IMG/VR virus record: IMGVR_UViG_3300028394_000037
Reading direction: 5' to 3' (one strand)
DNA length: 64,000 nt
DNA from: a virus
Position numbers and translations under genes: made by a program. The notes beneath the pieces were generated by a model that worked only from the letters and a program-made list of their open reading frames with translations, was not told the origin of the DNA and did not search any database. Below are positions 28,118 to 36,808 of the stretch, in pieces (position 1 is the first letter of the stretch; every line of letters starts with the position of its first letter).

Positions 28118-28315
28118 TTTACAACTCACAAAAGAATTAATTTTCTCCGCAAGTTTTTCAATATTCTCATAAGAAGGATATTGAGGATACTCCGTAGTAT
28201 CATCCGGATTTAGATCTTTCAATCTATCCACTGTAGCAAAACTAGTATGAAATTCTTGATCAGCAAGAGTTTGTGCTTGCCTAAAGATTTCAAAACGAAG
28301 TTCGTAAGGTGTCAT
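28115..28315 (-). CDS. Small conserved phage protein (MTPYELRFEIF...)
   Basis: 66 aa ORF with strong AAGGAG RBS, preceded by a CA-rich tract. Confidence 0.75.
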   Translation of the reverse strand: MTPYELRFEIFRQAQTLADQEFHTSFATVDRLKDLNPDDTTEYPQYPSYENIEKLAEKINSFVSCK

Positions 28316-28372
28316 TTGTTTTCTCCTTTAATGTGTGTGTTTGTGTGTAACCATAGGGTCATAATTGACTCC

Positions 28373-28444
28373 ACCAGTACTTTTAAAGTCTCTCCGTGAC
28401 TTGCAGGGGTCCCCGACCAGTACTTTTTAAGTCTCTCCGTGACT
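28373..28444. repeat. Two 29-bp direct repeats (period 43), each with a hairpin
   Basis: accagtactttt(a/t)aagtctctccgtgact at 28373-28401 and 28416-28444, 1 mismatch. Confidence 0.9.
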
Positions 28445-28527
28445 ATTGGTCCCAATCAAGAATATCATTAGGATCCATATAACAAGGATCATCGCTCAAC
28501 CATTTCGGATTGCTAAAGGAGCCAGAC

Positions 28528-28674
28528 TTACTTATTATTCCACATTTTTTCCATTGGGTCAACACCAGTTCTCATTACTTCACAAGCTCTCTTGTAGAAC
28601 ATATTTTTAGTGTTTCCTGATGCCTCCATAGTATCCTTAATCTTTTGCCAGTTTTCCCGAGTTCTGTCGTCCAT
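28528..28674 (-). CDS. Small hypothetical protein (48 aa)
   Basis: MDDRTRENWQKIKDTMEASGNTKNMFYKRACEVMRTGVDP..; start overlaps upstream stop. Confidence 0.7.
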   Translation of the reverse strand: MDDRTRENWQKIKDTMEASGNTKNMFYKRACEVMRTGVDPMEKMWNNK

Positions 28675-28925
28675 TAACGTACCTCAAAATCTAACTTACG
28701 AATTTTACGATTTGCTCTTGCGTGTTGCCAAGCAAGTTCTTCTTCAGTAAAATAAGATTTTTTTTCTTGTGGACGCATTGAATTTAGCATCACAACACTC
28801 TTCAAATCAACTGCTGTTATTTTTTCACCAACAACAGTAGTCATATTTGTACATCCACAAGAACGTGTTTGTGTAGGATGACTGGATAATTCTGTATTAC
28901 AGAGTTTACAACGTACTTCAACCAT
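28674..28925 (-). CDS. Small Cys-rich putative Zn-binding protein
   Basis: RCK.C...CGC.N pattern. Confidence 0.7.
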   Translation of the reverse strand: MVEVRCKLCNTELSSHPTQTRSCGCTNMTTVVGEKITAVDLKSVVMLNSMRPQEKKSYFTEEELAWQHARANRKIRKLDFEVR

Positions 28926-28932
28926 TTTATTT

Positions 28933-29370
28933 CTATTGTAAATGTGATCTTAATTGCCAAACAAATTTTCCGTGAGATTCCATCAAATCTTGAACCAAAT
29001 TAGCAGTTGCGTATTGATTTTGTGTTTCAGATTCTTTGGAAATTTCAACAAATATCTCACATATCTTTTTATTATCTTCTAAAAGTTCTGAAAGCATTTT
29101 ATCTGCTGTAGTTGAACTTGATGCTTCTTGAACTTGAGTCACTTCAAGCATTCTTGAAAGAGAACTTAAAGGTTTAATATTTAAGTATCTCATATGCTCA
29201 GATAATCTGTCAATCTCTTCAAACATAGTTTCATATTGACCACCAAAAAGTTGATGAAGTTGAGTAAAATTTTCACCAACAACATTCCAATGAAATGCCC
29301 AAGTTTTATGAAAGATGACAAAAAGTGAAGATTGAGCATCACTTAAAAGTTTGAAAAGTTTTTCCATCAA
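28933..29370 (-). CDS. dps: Dps (ferritin-like DNA protection protein)
   Basis: FHWNVVG..F..LH.LF..QY......D...E ferroxidase motif, H.K..W.L; TATAAATA at 29389-29382. Confidence 0.92.
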   Translation of the reverse strand: MMEKLFKLLSDAQSSLFVIFHKTWAFHWNVVGENFTQLHQLFGGQYETMFEEIDRLSEHMRYLNIKPLSSLSRMLEVTQVQEASSSTTADKMLSELLEDNKKICEIFVEISKESETQNQYATANLVQDLMESHGKFVWQLRSHLQ

Positions 29371-29399
29371 AGTTTTTTATGTATTTATATGAAAGAAAG

Positions 29400-29471
29400 A
29401 GCGGATGATCGGACTTGAACCGACGACATCTAACTTGGAAGGATAGCGTTCTACCACTGAACTACATCCGC
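29400..29471 (-). tRNA. tRNA-Gly(TCC)
   Basis: GCGGATG/CATCCGC acceptor stem, D-arm GTTCAGTGGTAGAAC, anticodon loop CTTCCAA, T-loop GGTTCAAGTCC; CCA not encoded. Confidence 0.93.
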
Positions 29472-29876
29472 ACGATTTTCTTTTGGACAATCAGGAACCC
29501 AAGAACCACATATTCTCATTTCACCACCTAATAGTTTTTGAGCATTGCTCTTATCAGGTGCTTTCTCTGAAAAATATGATGGACTTATTCTAACACTCCT
29601 ATCGTCCCCTGTCAAGTCCTCATAATCTTTGATTGCCTTGTCTACATCTCTATGAACTCTGCGGTCCAAAAGTTGTGGAGTATTTATGAGTATATCATTC
29701 AAATCAGTTTGTGGAAAGTATTTTCTCTGAACCTCATCAATAAAATCGTAAATGTTTTCTTCTGGAATATAAGTACATTGTGATACTCCCGTCACCAAAG
29801 AAGTGAATACAACTCCTATTACGGCATATCTAAAAATAGTCTTTGGTTTCTTTCCAAATTGAAAATTAAATTCCAT
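29451..29876 (-). CDS. Hypothetical membrane-anchored protein
   Basis: TM segment near N-terminus; last 21 nt overlap the tRNA 5' end. Confidence 0.65.
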   Translation of the reverse strand: MEFNFQFGKKPKTIFRYAVIGVVFTSLVTGVSQCTYIPEENIYDFIDEVQRKYFPQTDLNDILINTPQLLDRRVHRDVDKAIKDYEDLTGDDRSVRISPSYFSEKAPDKSNAQKLLGGEMRICGSWVPDCPKENRADVVQW

Positions 29877-29911
29877 AAAAAGGGAGGCAATTAACCTCCC
29901 ATATTTATCTG

Positions 29912-30280
29912 TTAGGCAGGAGCATAACAGACGTTAGCAACTCCTTGTCCTGGAGGCGCAATTGCCACAAACGCCCCGTAGGACAAGTCAAGGTCTCTTC
30001 CTCCAACAAAAGGACCTCTATCATTTACACGCACAACAACTGACTTACCATTTGCCTGATTTGTCACTCTAAGTTTGGTTCCAAATGGCAGCCAACGATG
30101 TGCTACCGAATAACCGTATGCATTGAACCTTTCGCCATTGGCAGTTGTCTGCCCATTATATCCATCCCCCACACCATAGTTAGAAGCAAGACTGCATGAA
30201 CTTGCCGGGGATGCTGCTTTTGCTGTTACGGGTGCTACACCGACAAAACCAAAAGCAAGAAGTAAACTGAATAAACGCAT
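29912..30280 (-). CDS. rlpA: RlpA-like (DPBB) lytic transglycosylase
   Basis: Signal peptide, TANGERFN, AHR.LPFGT.LRVTN, VRVNDRGPF...R.LDLS. Confidence 0.92.
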   Translation of the reverse strand: MRLFSLLLAFGFVGVAPVTAKAASPASSCSLASNYGVGDGYNGQTTANGERFNAYGYSVAHRWLPFGTKLRVTNQANGKSVVVRVNDRGPFVGGRDLDLSYGAFVAIAPPGQGVANVCYAPA

Positions 30281-30408
30281 TTAAAAAAATAGAACTCTAC
30301 ATCCGTATAGGTAAAGGAGAAGTTCCCATCCTCTCGGAGGGCATTACCCACGGCTCTAATTGCACTCAAAATCTCATAATAAAAAAGACACTTTAATTGT
30401 GCCTTAAT

Positions 30409-30437
30409 AGTATAAGTGATTATTTATGAATTGTCAA
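30409..30437 (-). promoter_or_regulatory. Sigma70 promoter with internal late promoter upstream of the rlpA leader
   Basis: TTGACA-17-TATACT; CATAAATA in spacer. Confidence 0.7.
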
Positions 30438-30444
30438 GGAATCA

Positions 30445-30645
30445 TCACTTTACGTCAATTTCCTGATCCCCATACTCTTCTTTTGTTTCCAAAGAAAAAT
30501 ACTCCAATTCTTCCTCATCTTCTGGGTCTAACCATTCTAGAAATTCTTCTGTAATAGCAACAGCAATATCATAATTTTCGGTAGATTGAATTCTTTCAAT
30601 TGCCCAATTACGTGCTTGAATAACAGGTTCAATCTTTGTTGCCAT
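30445..30645 (-). CDS. Small acidic hypothetical protein
   Basis: Probable start MATKIE; EEFLEWLDP. Confidence 0.6.
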   Translation of the reverse strand: MATKIEPVIQARNWAIERIQSTENYDIAVAITEEFLEWLDPEDEEELEYFSLETKEEYGDQEIDVK

Positions 30646-31063
30646 AATAATCTTTTCGGAAATACCTGGAGAGGATGTTGCTATTGTAGTATGCGGGCAT
30701 TCCGTCGTCAAGTGCTTCCGTGAGGACATTGTTTGTGAAGAGTTGTCGTGTCTCCTCAAAATTTGTTTTGCCCTTTGTTTTGTGTAGTGAAATAATAGTT
30801 CTTGAAAAATTTTCTTTACCGTATTTTTCAATATCTTCTTTAAGTTCCGGACAAGATCCATAATAATTCTTCCAATCCGATTCTGATTTTACTTTTCTAT
30901 TTTTTCCTTTCGGCGTTCTAAATTGCCATAAGTACTTTCTACCAATATAACAGCGGTGATTAATATTATTTCGTATATGATATACAAACCCATAGTAATC
31001 TTGGATTTGATCTGAGTCAAAAATTTTTCCTTCATAGATCCAAGGATTATCGTAACTCATCAA
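30629..31063 (-). CDS. GIY-YIG-like nuclease-fold protein
   Basis: GFVY.I.N......YIGRK, ESDWK.YYGS, YYN.NI. Confidence 0.75.
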   Translation of the reverse strand: MMSYDNPWIYEGKIFDSDQIQDYYGFVYHIRNNINHRCYIGRKYLWQFRTPKGKNRKVKSESDWKNYYGSCPELKEDIEKYGKENFSRTIISLHKTKGKTNFEETRQLFTNNVLTEALDDGMPAYYNSNILSRYFRKDYYGNKD

Positions 31064-31196
31064 TATAATCCAACACTCTATTCAGATATTTATTGACTAC
31101 TAATTTATCATTTGAAAAAACAATTTCTTCGTTAACTTTATGCTTAAGTTTATAAATTTTTGCCTTTAAAGCGTAAATATCTGTGATATGAATCAT
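31047..31196 (-). CDS. Small hypothetical protein (49 aa)
   Basis: Manual translation MIHITDIYALKAKIYKLK...KYLNRVLDYIDELR. Confidence 0.55.
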   Translation of the reverse strand: MIHITDIYALKAKIYKLKHKVNEEIVFSNDKLVVNKYLNRVLDYIDELR

Positions 31197-31235
31197 AAAA
31201 ATAGGGGAGATTTCTCTCCCCTATCTATAACGGAT

Positions 31236-32423
31236 TCAGAGTTTGAACCCACTAAATGTGTCCTTTTTCACATCTTGTTTTATTCCACCGACTACATAAC
31301 TTTCAACTTCAGTTTCCTGTGGTGCTACTTGAAGTCCTTTAGAAGAAATCCAGTGCTGAGTCCAAGGAAGAGGATTGTTATTTGCGGAAATATCATATTG
31401 TGGTTTTAAACCAATCCCTTTCATTCTTCGGTTTGCAATCCATTCAATATATTGTTGAAGAAGTTTATCATTAAGTCCAATCATGCTGCCATCTTTAAAG
31501 AGATAGTCAGCCCATCTCTTTTCTTCCATTACTGCACGATCAAACATCATAGTAACCCATTCTTCTTCTTCTTTCGCAATTTGTTTCATTTCAGGATCAT
31601 CACCTTCTCTCCACTTATTCATAATATTTTGAGTGATTGCTAAATGTTGATTTTCATCTCTTGCTATGAGAGAGATGATTTTAGCTGATCCTTCCATAAG
31701 CTTAAGTTCACCAAAGGCGAAACTGCAAGCAAAACTAACGTAAAACCGAATACCTTCAAGAATGTTAACGTTTGCAACTGCTCTGTATAATTTTCGTTTG
31801 ACATCATTGAGTGTTTCTTTTGCTAATGGAACTCCTTCAAGTTGATGCACCCATTGGTTGGATGATCCATAATTTTGTGCTGCTTGAATAAAGTCATTAT
31901 ATGACCCTGTAACGCTTTCAGCACGTTCCAGAATACGTTCGTCGGAAATAATAGTATCAAACACTTCTGATGGGTCAGAATAAATGTTCTTGATGATATA
32001 AGTATAAGAGCGACTATGAATCATCTCCATAAACTCCCACACTGTCATACACGCTTCAAGTTCAGGAAGTGAACAGTATGGCAAAAATGCCAATCCTGGA
32101 CCTCTCCCTTGAACACTATCTAACATAATTTGATATTTCAAATTTGAAGTGTAAATATGCTTTTGCTCAGGACGAAGGGTTTGATAATCTCCACGATCTT
32201 TCTGAAGTGAAACCTCTTCAGGTCTCCAGAAATATCCTAGCTGTTGAGTTGTTAATTTTTCAAAGATTGGATATTTGTATGAATCATACCTTTGGATTCC
32301 CAAAGGTTTGCCGAAGAACATTGGTTGTTTTTTAGTATTGACCTGATCCGTGTTGAAAACAGTCATGCCTTTTACTTGCGTATGTTCCTCTTCATTAAGA
32401 ATTTTAAACTGCACAGGATTCAC
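31236..32423 (-). CDS. nrdB: Ribonucleotide reductase class Ia beta subunit
   Basis: FWRPEEV, E.IHSRSY, EGIRFYVSF, RDENQH, VAPQETE. Confidence 0.97.
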   Translation of the reverse strand: MNPVQFKILNEEEHTQVKGMTVFNTDQVNTKKQPMFFGKPLGIQRYDSYKYPIFEKLTTQQLGYFWRPEEVSLQKDRGDYQTLRPEQKHIYTSNLKYQIMLDSVQGRGPGLAFLPYCSLPELEACMTVWEFMEMIHSRSYTYIIKNIYSDPSEVFDTIISDERILERAESVTGSYNDFIQAAQNYGSSNQWVHQLEGVPLAKETLNDVKRKLYRAVANVNILEGIRFYVSFACSFAFGELKLMEGSAKIISLIARDENQHLAITQNIMNKWREGDDPEMKQIAKEEEEWVTMMFDRAVMEEKRWADYLFKDGSMIGLNDKLLQQYIEWIANRRMKGIGLKPQYDISANNNPLPWTQHWISSKGLQVAPQETEVESYVVGGIKQDVKKDTFSGFKL

Positions 32424-34701
32424 ACTCCCCTTCCTCTACTTTACTTAACTCGTCAACCAATTCAGACAAAGTAGGTTTTGACTCCTCAACTTCATCAGTT
32501 TTAATATCGTATGTATTCTGATAATATGAAGTCTTCCACCCATACTTATATGTAGTCAGAAAATCATTTGCCATCACAGAAACTGGAACCTCATTGTCGG
32601 AATAGTTCTCCGGATTATAACTCCAATTTCCAGAAATTGCCTGGTCAAAGAACTTTTGCATCATTGCAACAATTTTAATATATCCATCATTACTCTTCAT
32701 ATCCCACAACAGAGTATAATTATGTTTCAGTGTTGTATATTGTGGAACAATTTGCTTCAGAGGTCCTTTCTTTGACTTTTTAATTGAAAGGAATCCTCTA
32801 GGTGGTTCAATACCATTTGTCGCATTAGAGACGACAGAACTACTCTCTGAGGGCATTTGAGCGGAGAGGGTGGAGTGCCTAAGTCCATACTCTAAAATAG
32901 ATGCTCGGAGTGCCTCCCAATTATGTTGCAGTGAAACAGAAGAAATCTCATCAATATCTTTCTTATAAGTATCAATAGGAAGAAGACCATCGGAATACTT
33001 AGTTCTTCCAAAATATTCACAATGTCCCTTTTCCTTAGCAATTTGATTTGATGCCTTTAGCAAATAATATTGAAAAGATTCTGAAAGTCCATGAACCGCA
33101 TCCCATGCCTCTTGAGAATCATATTTAAATCCTAATTTGGCAAGATAATGAGCCAGACCAATAAACCCTATTCCAAGAGAACGACGTGCCTTTGTAGCAA
33201 CTTCTGCAGCAAGTACGGGATATTTTTGATAGTCAATCAATTCTTCTAAACCACGAACAGAAAGTTCACATAGTTCTTCCAGTTCTTCATCAGACTTTAC
33301 TTTACCAACATTAATAGCAGAAAGAATACAGAGAGCAATTTCACCTGTTGTTTCATCAATATGTTGAATTGGATATGTTGGAAGGGTTATTTCTTGACAG
33401 AGATTACTCATCTCAACTTTATCCTTAAAAGATGAGTGAGTATTGCAATGATCAATATTCATGATGTAAATACGACCAGTTTCTGCACGTTCCTTAAGAA
33501 GACTAAGAATTAATTCTTGTGCCTTAACAGTTTTCTTTTGAATGGACGGATTATTTTCATACCCAATGTAGAGAGAGTCAAACTCAATTGTTCCGAAAGA
33601 ATCATAAAGTCTAGGTACGTCATGTGGGGAGAAAAGTGTAATCTCACCATCTTGAATAAACCTTTCATAGAATAACTTTGAAATTTGAATGGAGTAATCC
33701 AACTTACGAACACGATTATCTTCGGTTCCCTTGTTGTTTTTAAGAACTAGGATGTCTTGGATTTCTTGGTGCCAGATAGGAAAATGAACTGTAGCAGAAC
33801 CACCTCTGATGCCGTTCTGTGTGCAGCATCTGACAGTTGCCTCAAACTTTTTAAGGAAGGGAATAACACCTGTGTGCTGTACCTCTCCACCTCTAATTTT
33901 AGCGTTGATGCCACGGATTCTACCTGCGTTGATGCCGATACCAGCCCTTTGTGAGACATACCTGCCAATAGCCATATCACTGCTAAAGATACTATCCAGG
34001 GTGTCATCAACATCAACGAGAACACAAGATGCAAATTGACGAAGGGGTGTTCTGACCCCTGCCATGATTGGTGTTGGAATGTTGATTCTGTGCCTTGAGA
34101 TTGCGTCATAATACCTCTTGACGTATGAAAGACGGGTTTCCTTAGGATACTCTGCAAAGATAGTCAGAGCAATCATCATATACATGAACTGTGGAGTCTC
34201 ATATACTCCACCGGTACTCCGATCTTGTACAAGATACTTATCAACAACCTGCCTAAGTCCAGCATAGGTAAACAAATAGTCCCTATCGTGCCGAATAAAA
34301 GCGTTTGCAGACTCAATTTCTTCCTTAGAATACTTGGTATAAATGTCTCTATCATAGACTTCTGCAGAAACACAGTCCATGATATGAGTTTCAAGATGAG
34401 GAAGTTCTTGCATCTTCCCATAAAGTTGCTTACGAATGGAAAAAAGAAGCAAACGTGCAGCAACAAACTGATAATTCGGATGCTCCAAATCAATCAAATC
34501 TGATGCAGAGCGAATTAAAATTTCTTGAATTTCTGCTGTAGTAATTCCATCATAAAATTGAATGCCAGATTGTATTTCAACTTGTGATGCAGAAACTCCA
34601 GCAAGATTCTTACATGCCTCATCAACCATGATGTGCATTTTATCAAGATCTATTTGTTCAACTATTCCGTTTCTTTTTTTGACTTTAAGTTCGTTACTCA
34701 T
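32404..34701 (-). CDS. nrdA: Ribonucleotide reductase class Ia alpha subunit
   Basis: ATP cone, PTPIMAG, SCVL, SNLCQEI, C-terminal CESC; no intein or intron. Confidence 0.97.
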   Translation of the reverse strand: MSNELKVKKRNGIVEQIDLDKMHIMVDEACKNLAGVSASQVEIQSGIQFYDGITTAEIQEILIRSASDLIDLEHPNYQFVAARLLLFSIRKQLYGKMQELPHLETHIMDCVSAEVYDRDIYTKYSKEEIESANAFIRHDRDYLFTYAGLRQVVDKYLVQDRSTGGVYETPQFMYMMIALTIFAEYPKETRLSYVKRYYDAISRHRINIPTPIMAGVRTPLRQFASCVLVDVDDTLDSIFSSDMAIGRYVSQRAGIGINAGRIRGINAKIRGGEVQHTGVIPFLKKFEATVRCCTQNGIRGGSATVHFPIWHQEIQDILVLKNNKGTEDNRVRKLDYSIQISKLFYERFIQDGEITLFSPHDVPRLYDSFGTIEFDSLYIGYENNPSIQKKTVKAQELILSLLKERAETGRIYIMNIDHCNTHSSFKDKVEMSNLCQEITLPTYPIQHIDETTGEIALCILSAINVGKVKSDEELEELCELSVRGLEELIDYQKYPVLAAEVATKARRSLGIGFIGLAHYLAKLGFKYDSQEAWDAVHGLSESFQYYLLKASNQIAKEKGHCEYFGRTKYSDGLLPIDTYKKDIDEISSVSLQHNWEALRASILEYGLRHSTLSAQMPSESSSVVSNATNGIEPPRGFLSIKKSKKGPLKQIVPQYTTLKHNYTLLWDMKSNDGYIKIVAMMQKFFDQAISGNWSYNPENYSDNEVPVSVMANDFLTTYKYGWKTSYYQNTYDIKTDEVEESKPTLSELVDELSKVEEGECESCAV

Positions 34702-35666
34702 ATTTTTTTCCAGGTTGTAAATTTAAGTTTTGCTTCTAATCCACTGTATGTATTTAATTCTATCACTTCCTGAACATTGTGTCCAGTGAGTACCATATCA
34801 TTTATATCCTTTTCCTTTATTGATGAAGGCCAGATGACAACTTTTTGTCCCATTTCAATAACACGGGAAATTCTTGATAGGATTTCTGAATTACGTGGTT
34901 CGTTATCATATATCCACACAGGATTGTCAATCCCCCACTTACCAACATCACCATCAGCTCCACAAAGAGCAATCGCGTTTGAAATAAATGTTGAATCAAA
35001 GGGACCTTCGGTGATGTAAACAGTTTGATCCTTTTGCACTTCATCAAGACCGTATATTTTTGGGGCATTGTCACATAGCATCACAGTAATGTATTTAACC
35101 TTGCTTGGACCCAATGCTCTTCCCTGAAATCCTATGAGAGCATTTTGATAAAACATTGGAATGATAATCCTTGATTCATCATACTTTGTATTCTCAAAGG
35201 TTTGTTTAAGAGAATTAGTCCACTCCTTAAATTTTTCCGCATAATAAAATTTATCTGGATTTAATTTTCTACCTTGCAAATATCCAGATGCACTTAGATT
35301 TTCAGATGCTTTGGGTAAATCAAGTTTTGGTTTAAACTCAGGAACTTTAAACTCAAATTTAGGTTCTTCTACTGTAAAATTCTTACCAGTATGCCCTTCT
35401 TTAAATTTATCAAAAATATATTGCTTATGAATCTCTATATCAAGTTGTTTTAAAAAATTATTAAATGATATGTTAATACCACAATTATGACACTTATAAT
35501 TTGTATTATTTTTAACCTGATAAAGATATCCTCTCAACTTATTCTTATTCTTTTGGGAATCCCCACAAATAGGACAACGAAAGTTATAGAGATTGTTCTT
35601 TACCTTTTTAAATTTTTGAAGGCGAGAAGATATCAAATTGATGTACTTAACATCAATAAAGTCCAT
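34698..35666 (-). CDS. gp61: DNA primase gp61
   Basis: CPICGDS..CHNCG Zn finger, EGPFDS, DNEPRN, KDINDM. Confidence 0.95.
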   Translation of the reverse strand: MDFIDVKYINLISSRLQKFKKVKNNLYNFRCPICGDSQKNKNKLRGYLYQVKNNTNYKCHNCGINISFNNFLKQLDIEIHKQYIFDKFKEGHTGKNFTVEEPKFEFKVPEFKPKLDLPKASENLSASGYLQGRKLNPDKFYYAEKFKEWTNSLKQTFENTKYDESRIIIPMFYQNALIGFQGRALGPSKVKYITVMLCDNAPKIYGLDEVQKDQTVYITEGPFDSTFISNAIALCGADGDVGKWGIDNPVWIYDNEPRNSEILSRISRVIEMGQKVVIWPSSIKEKDINDMVLTGHNVQEVIELNTYSGLEAKLKFTTWKKI

Positions 35667-35725
35667 AAAATCACATAATCATTGATACAAGTTTAGCAGA
35701 TTATCTTATTTTGTCAAGACATATA

Positions 35726-36145
35726 TTAGTTAGTTTTATGTTGATGATTTATACGTGCAGAATCTTCCATTCCGGCAGGTGTCCACCAACCAGATGCAAG
35801 AGTTGACATAGATGTGGCAAGAATAGCAAGAAGAACTCCACAACCAATAGTCATCCATTTGATTTTGGAAACATCACCTAATTCTTTTTCCAAAATAGTA
35901 ATTCTGTCCCCAGATTTTCTATGTTCTTTCTCATTATCTTCTTTTAAATTATCAATCATTTTAAGAAGTAAGTCATCAGTTCTTTGCTGATACTCAATTT
36001 TTTCATCGTGTACAGCAAGCATCTTAATTACATTCGTATTAACTTCACTTAATTTTTGAATGGCATCATCAAGTTTGTTGACTATATTTGCAAAGTCAGC
36101 AAACTTTTGCTCTAGCACAGCTACTTTTACAATTTCTTCTGACAT
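35726..36145 (-). CDS. Coiled-coil protein with C-terminal TM
   Basis: MLAVHDEKI coiled coil, hydrophobic C-terminal segment. Confidence 0.7.
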   Translation of the reverse strand: MSEEIVKVAVLEQKFADFANIVNKLDDAIQKLSEVNTNVIKMLAVHDEKIEYQQRTDDLLLKMIDNLKEDNEKEHRKSGDRITILEKELGDVSKIKWMTIGCGVLLAILATSMSTLASGWWTPAGMEDSARINHQHKTN

Positions 36146-36213
36146 TGTTCTAAAGCAAAGTATAGTTTTAAATAAAGAGCACTTTGCTAATATAATTCGT
36201 TAGATACAATTAT

Positions 36214-36429
36214 TTATTCTTTTGGTTTCATCCATTTTTTACGAGAACCTAATCCCAAGTATATACTCTTTTTCTTATTTTTGAAAACTGGAGGATTACC
36301 TGGATCTGCTTGAGGAGTACCTGCAATTTTCCCCCCACCAACAGAATTGGTTGGTCCTCCAACAACCATACCATCCTCTTTCAATTGCCTAAATGCATTA
36401 ATTATTTTTTCCAGTTTATTATTTTTCAT
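36214..36429 (-). CDS. Hypothetical protein
   Basis: PTNSVGGGKIAG...PPV; probable start MKNNK. Confidence 0.65.
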   Translation of the reverse strand: MKNNKLEKIINAFRQLKEDGMVVGGPTNSVGGGKIAGTPQADPGNPPVFKNKKKSIYLGLGSRKKWMKPKE

Positions 36430-36802
36430 TGTAAATTTTGTAAAGTTCTGAAAGGCAATGAATATCAACTTGAATATCGTGAATTGAAGATTTTGGATAT
36501 TCAGGAAATTTTCCCAAAAATATAATAAAAGTCTTCATTGCAGACCATAATTCCTTTTCAATTTTAAAAAATAACATTGGAGTTGTTGCTTCACCAAATA
36601 TATTATAAAGAATAATAAAATGGTTAATAAGAAGGTGAGTTTTTAGGTCACCAGTATTCTTATATCGTTTCAAAAGTCTTTTGATATATTTAAAATGATT
36701 CAAATCCTTATCAAAATCTTCTCTGGTTACTGCCTGAGGATTTTCATAATGTTTAATTGCAAACAAGAGGAAATTGTCCTCATTCAATTCATTGAAAATC
36801 AT
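36419..36802 (-). CDS. Conserved T4-like hypothetical protein
   Basis: F.ELNEDNF.LFAIK.Y.NPQ...F..DL..FKYIKRL. Confidence 0.8.
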   Translation of the reverse strand: MIFNELNEDNFLLFAIKHYENPQAVTREDFDKDLNHFKYIKRLLKRYKNTGDLKTHLLINHFIILYNIFGEATTPMLFFKIEKELWSAMKTFIIFLGKFPEYPKSSIHDIQVDIHCLSELYKIYNEK

Positions 36803-36808
36803 TTATTA

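Noticed and set aside
28373-28444. Mini CRISPR array
   Set aside because: Only two repeats with a 14-nt spacer and no cas genes; better explained as a tandem RNA element.
30629-31063. NAD synthetase (a label sometimes attached to this family)
   Set aside because: No SGG.DS PP-loop and too short; motifs are GIY-YIG-like.
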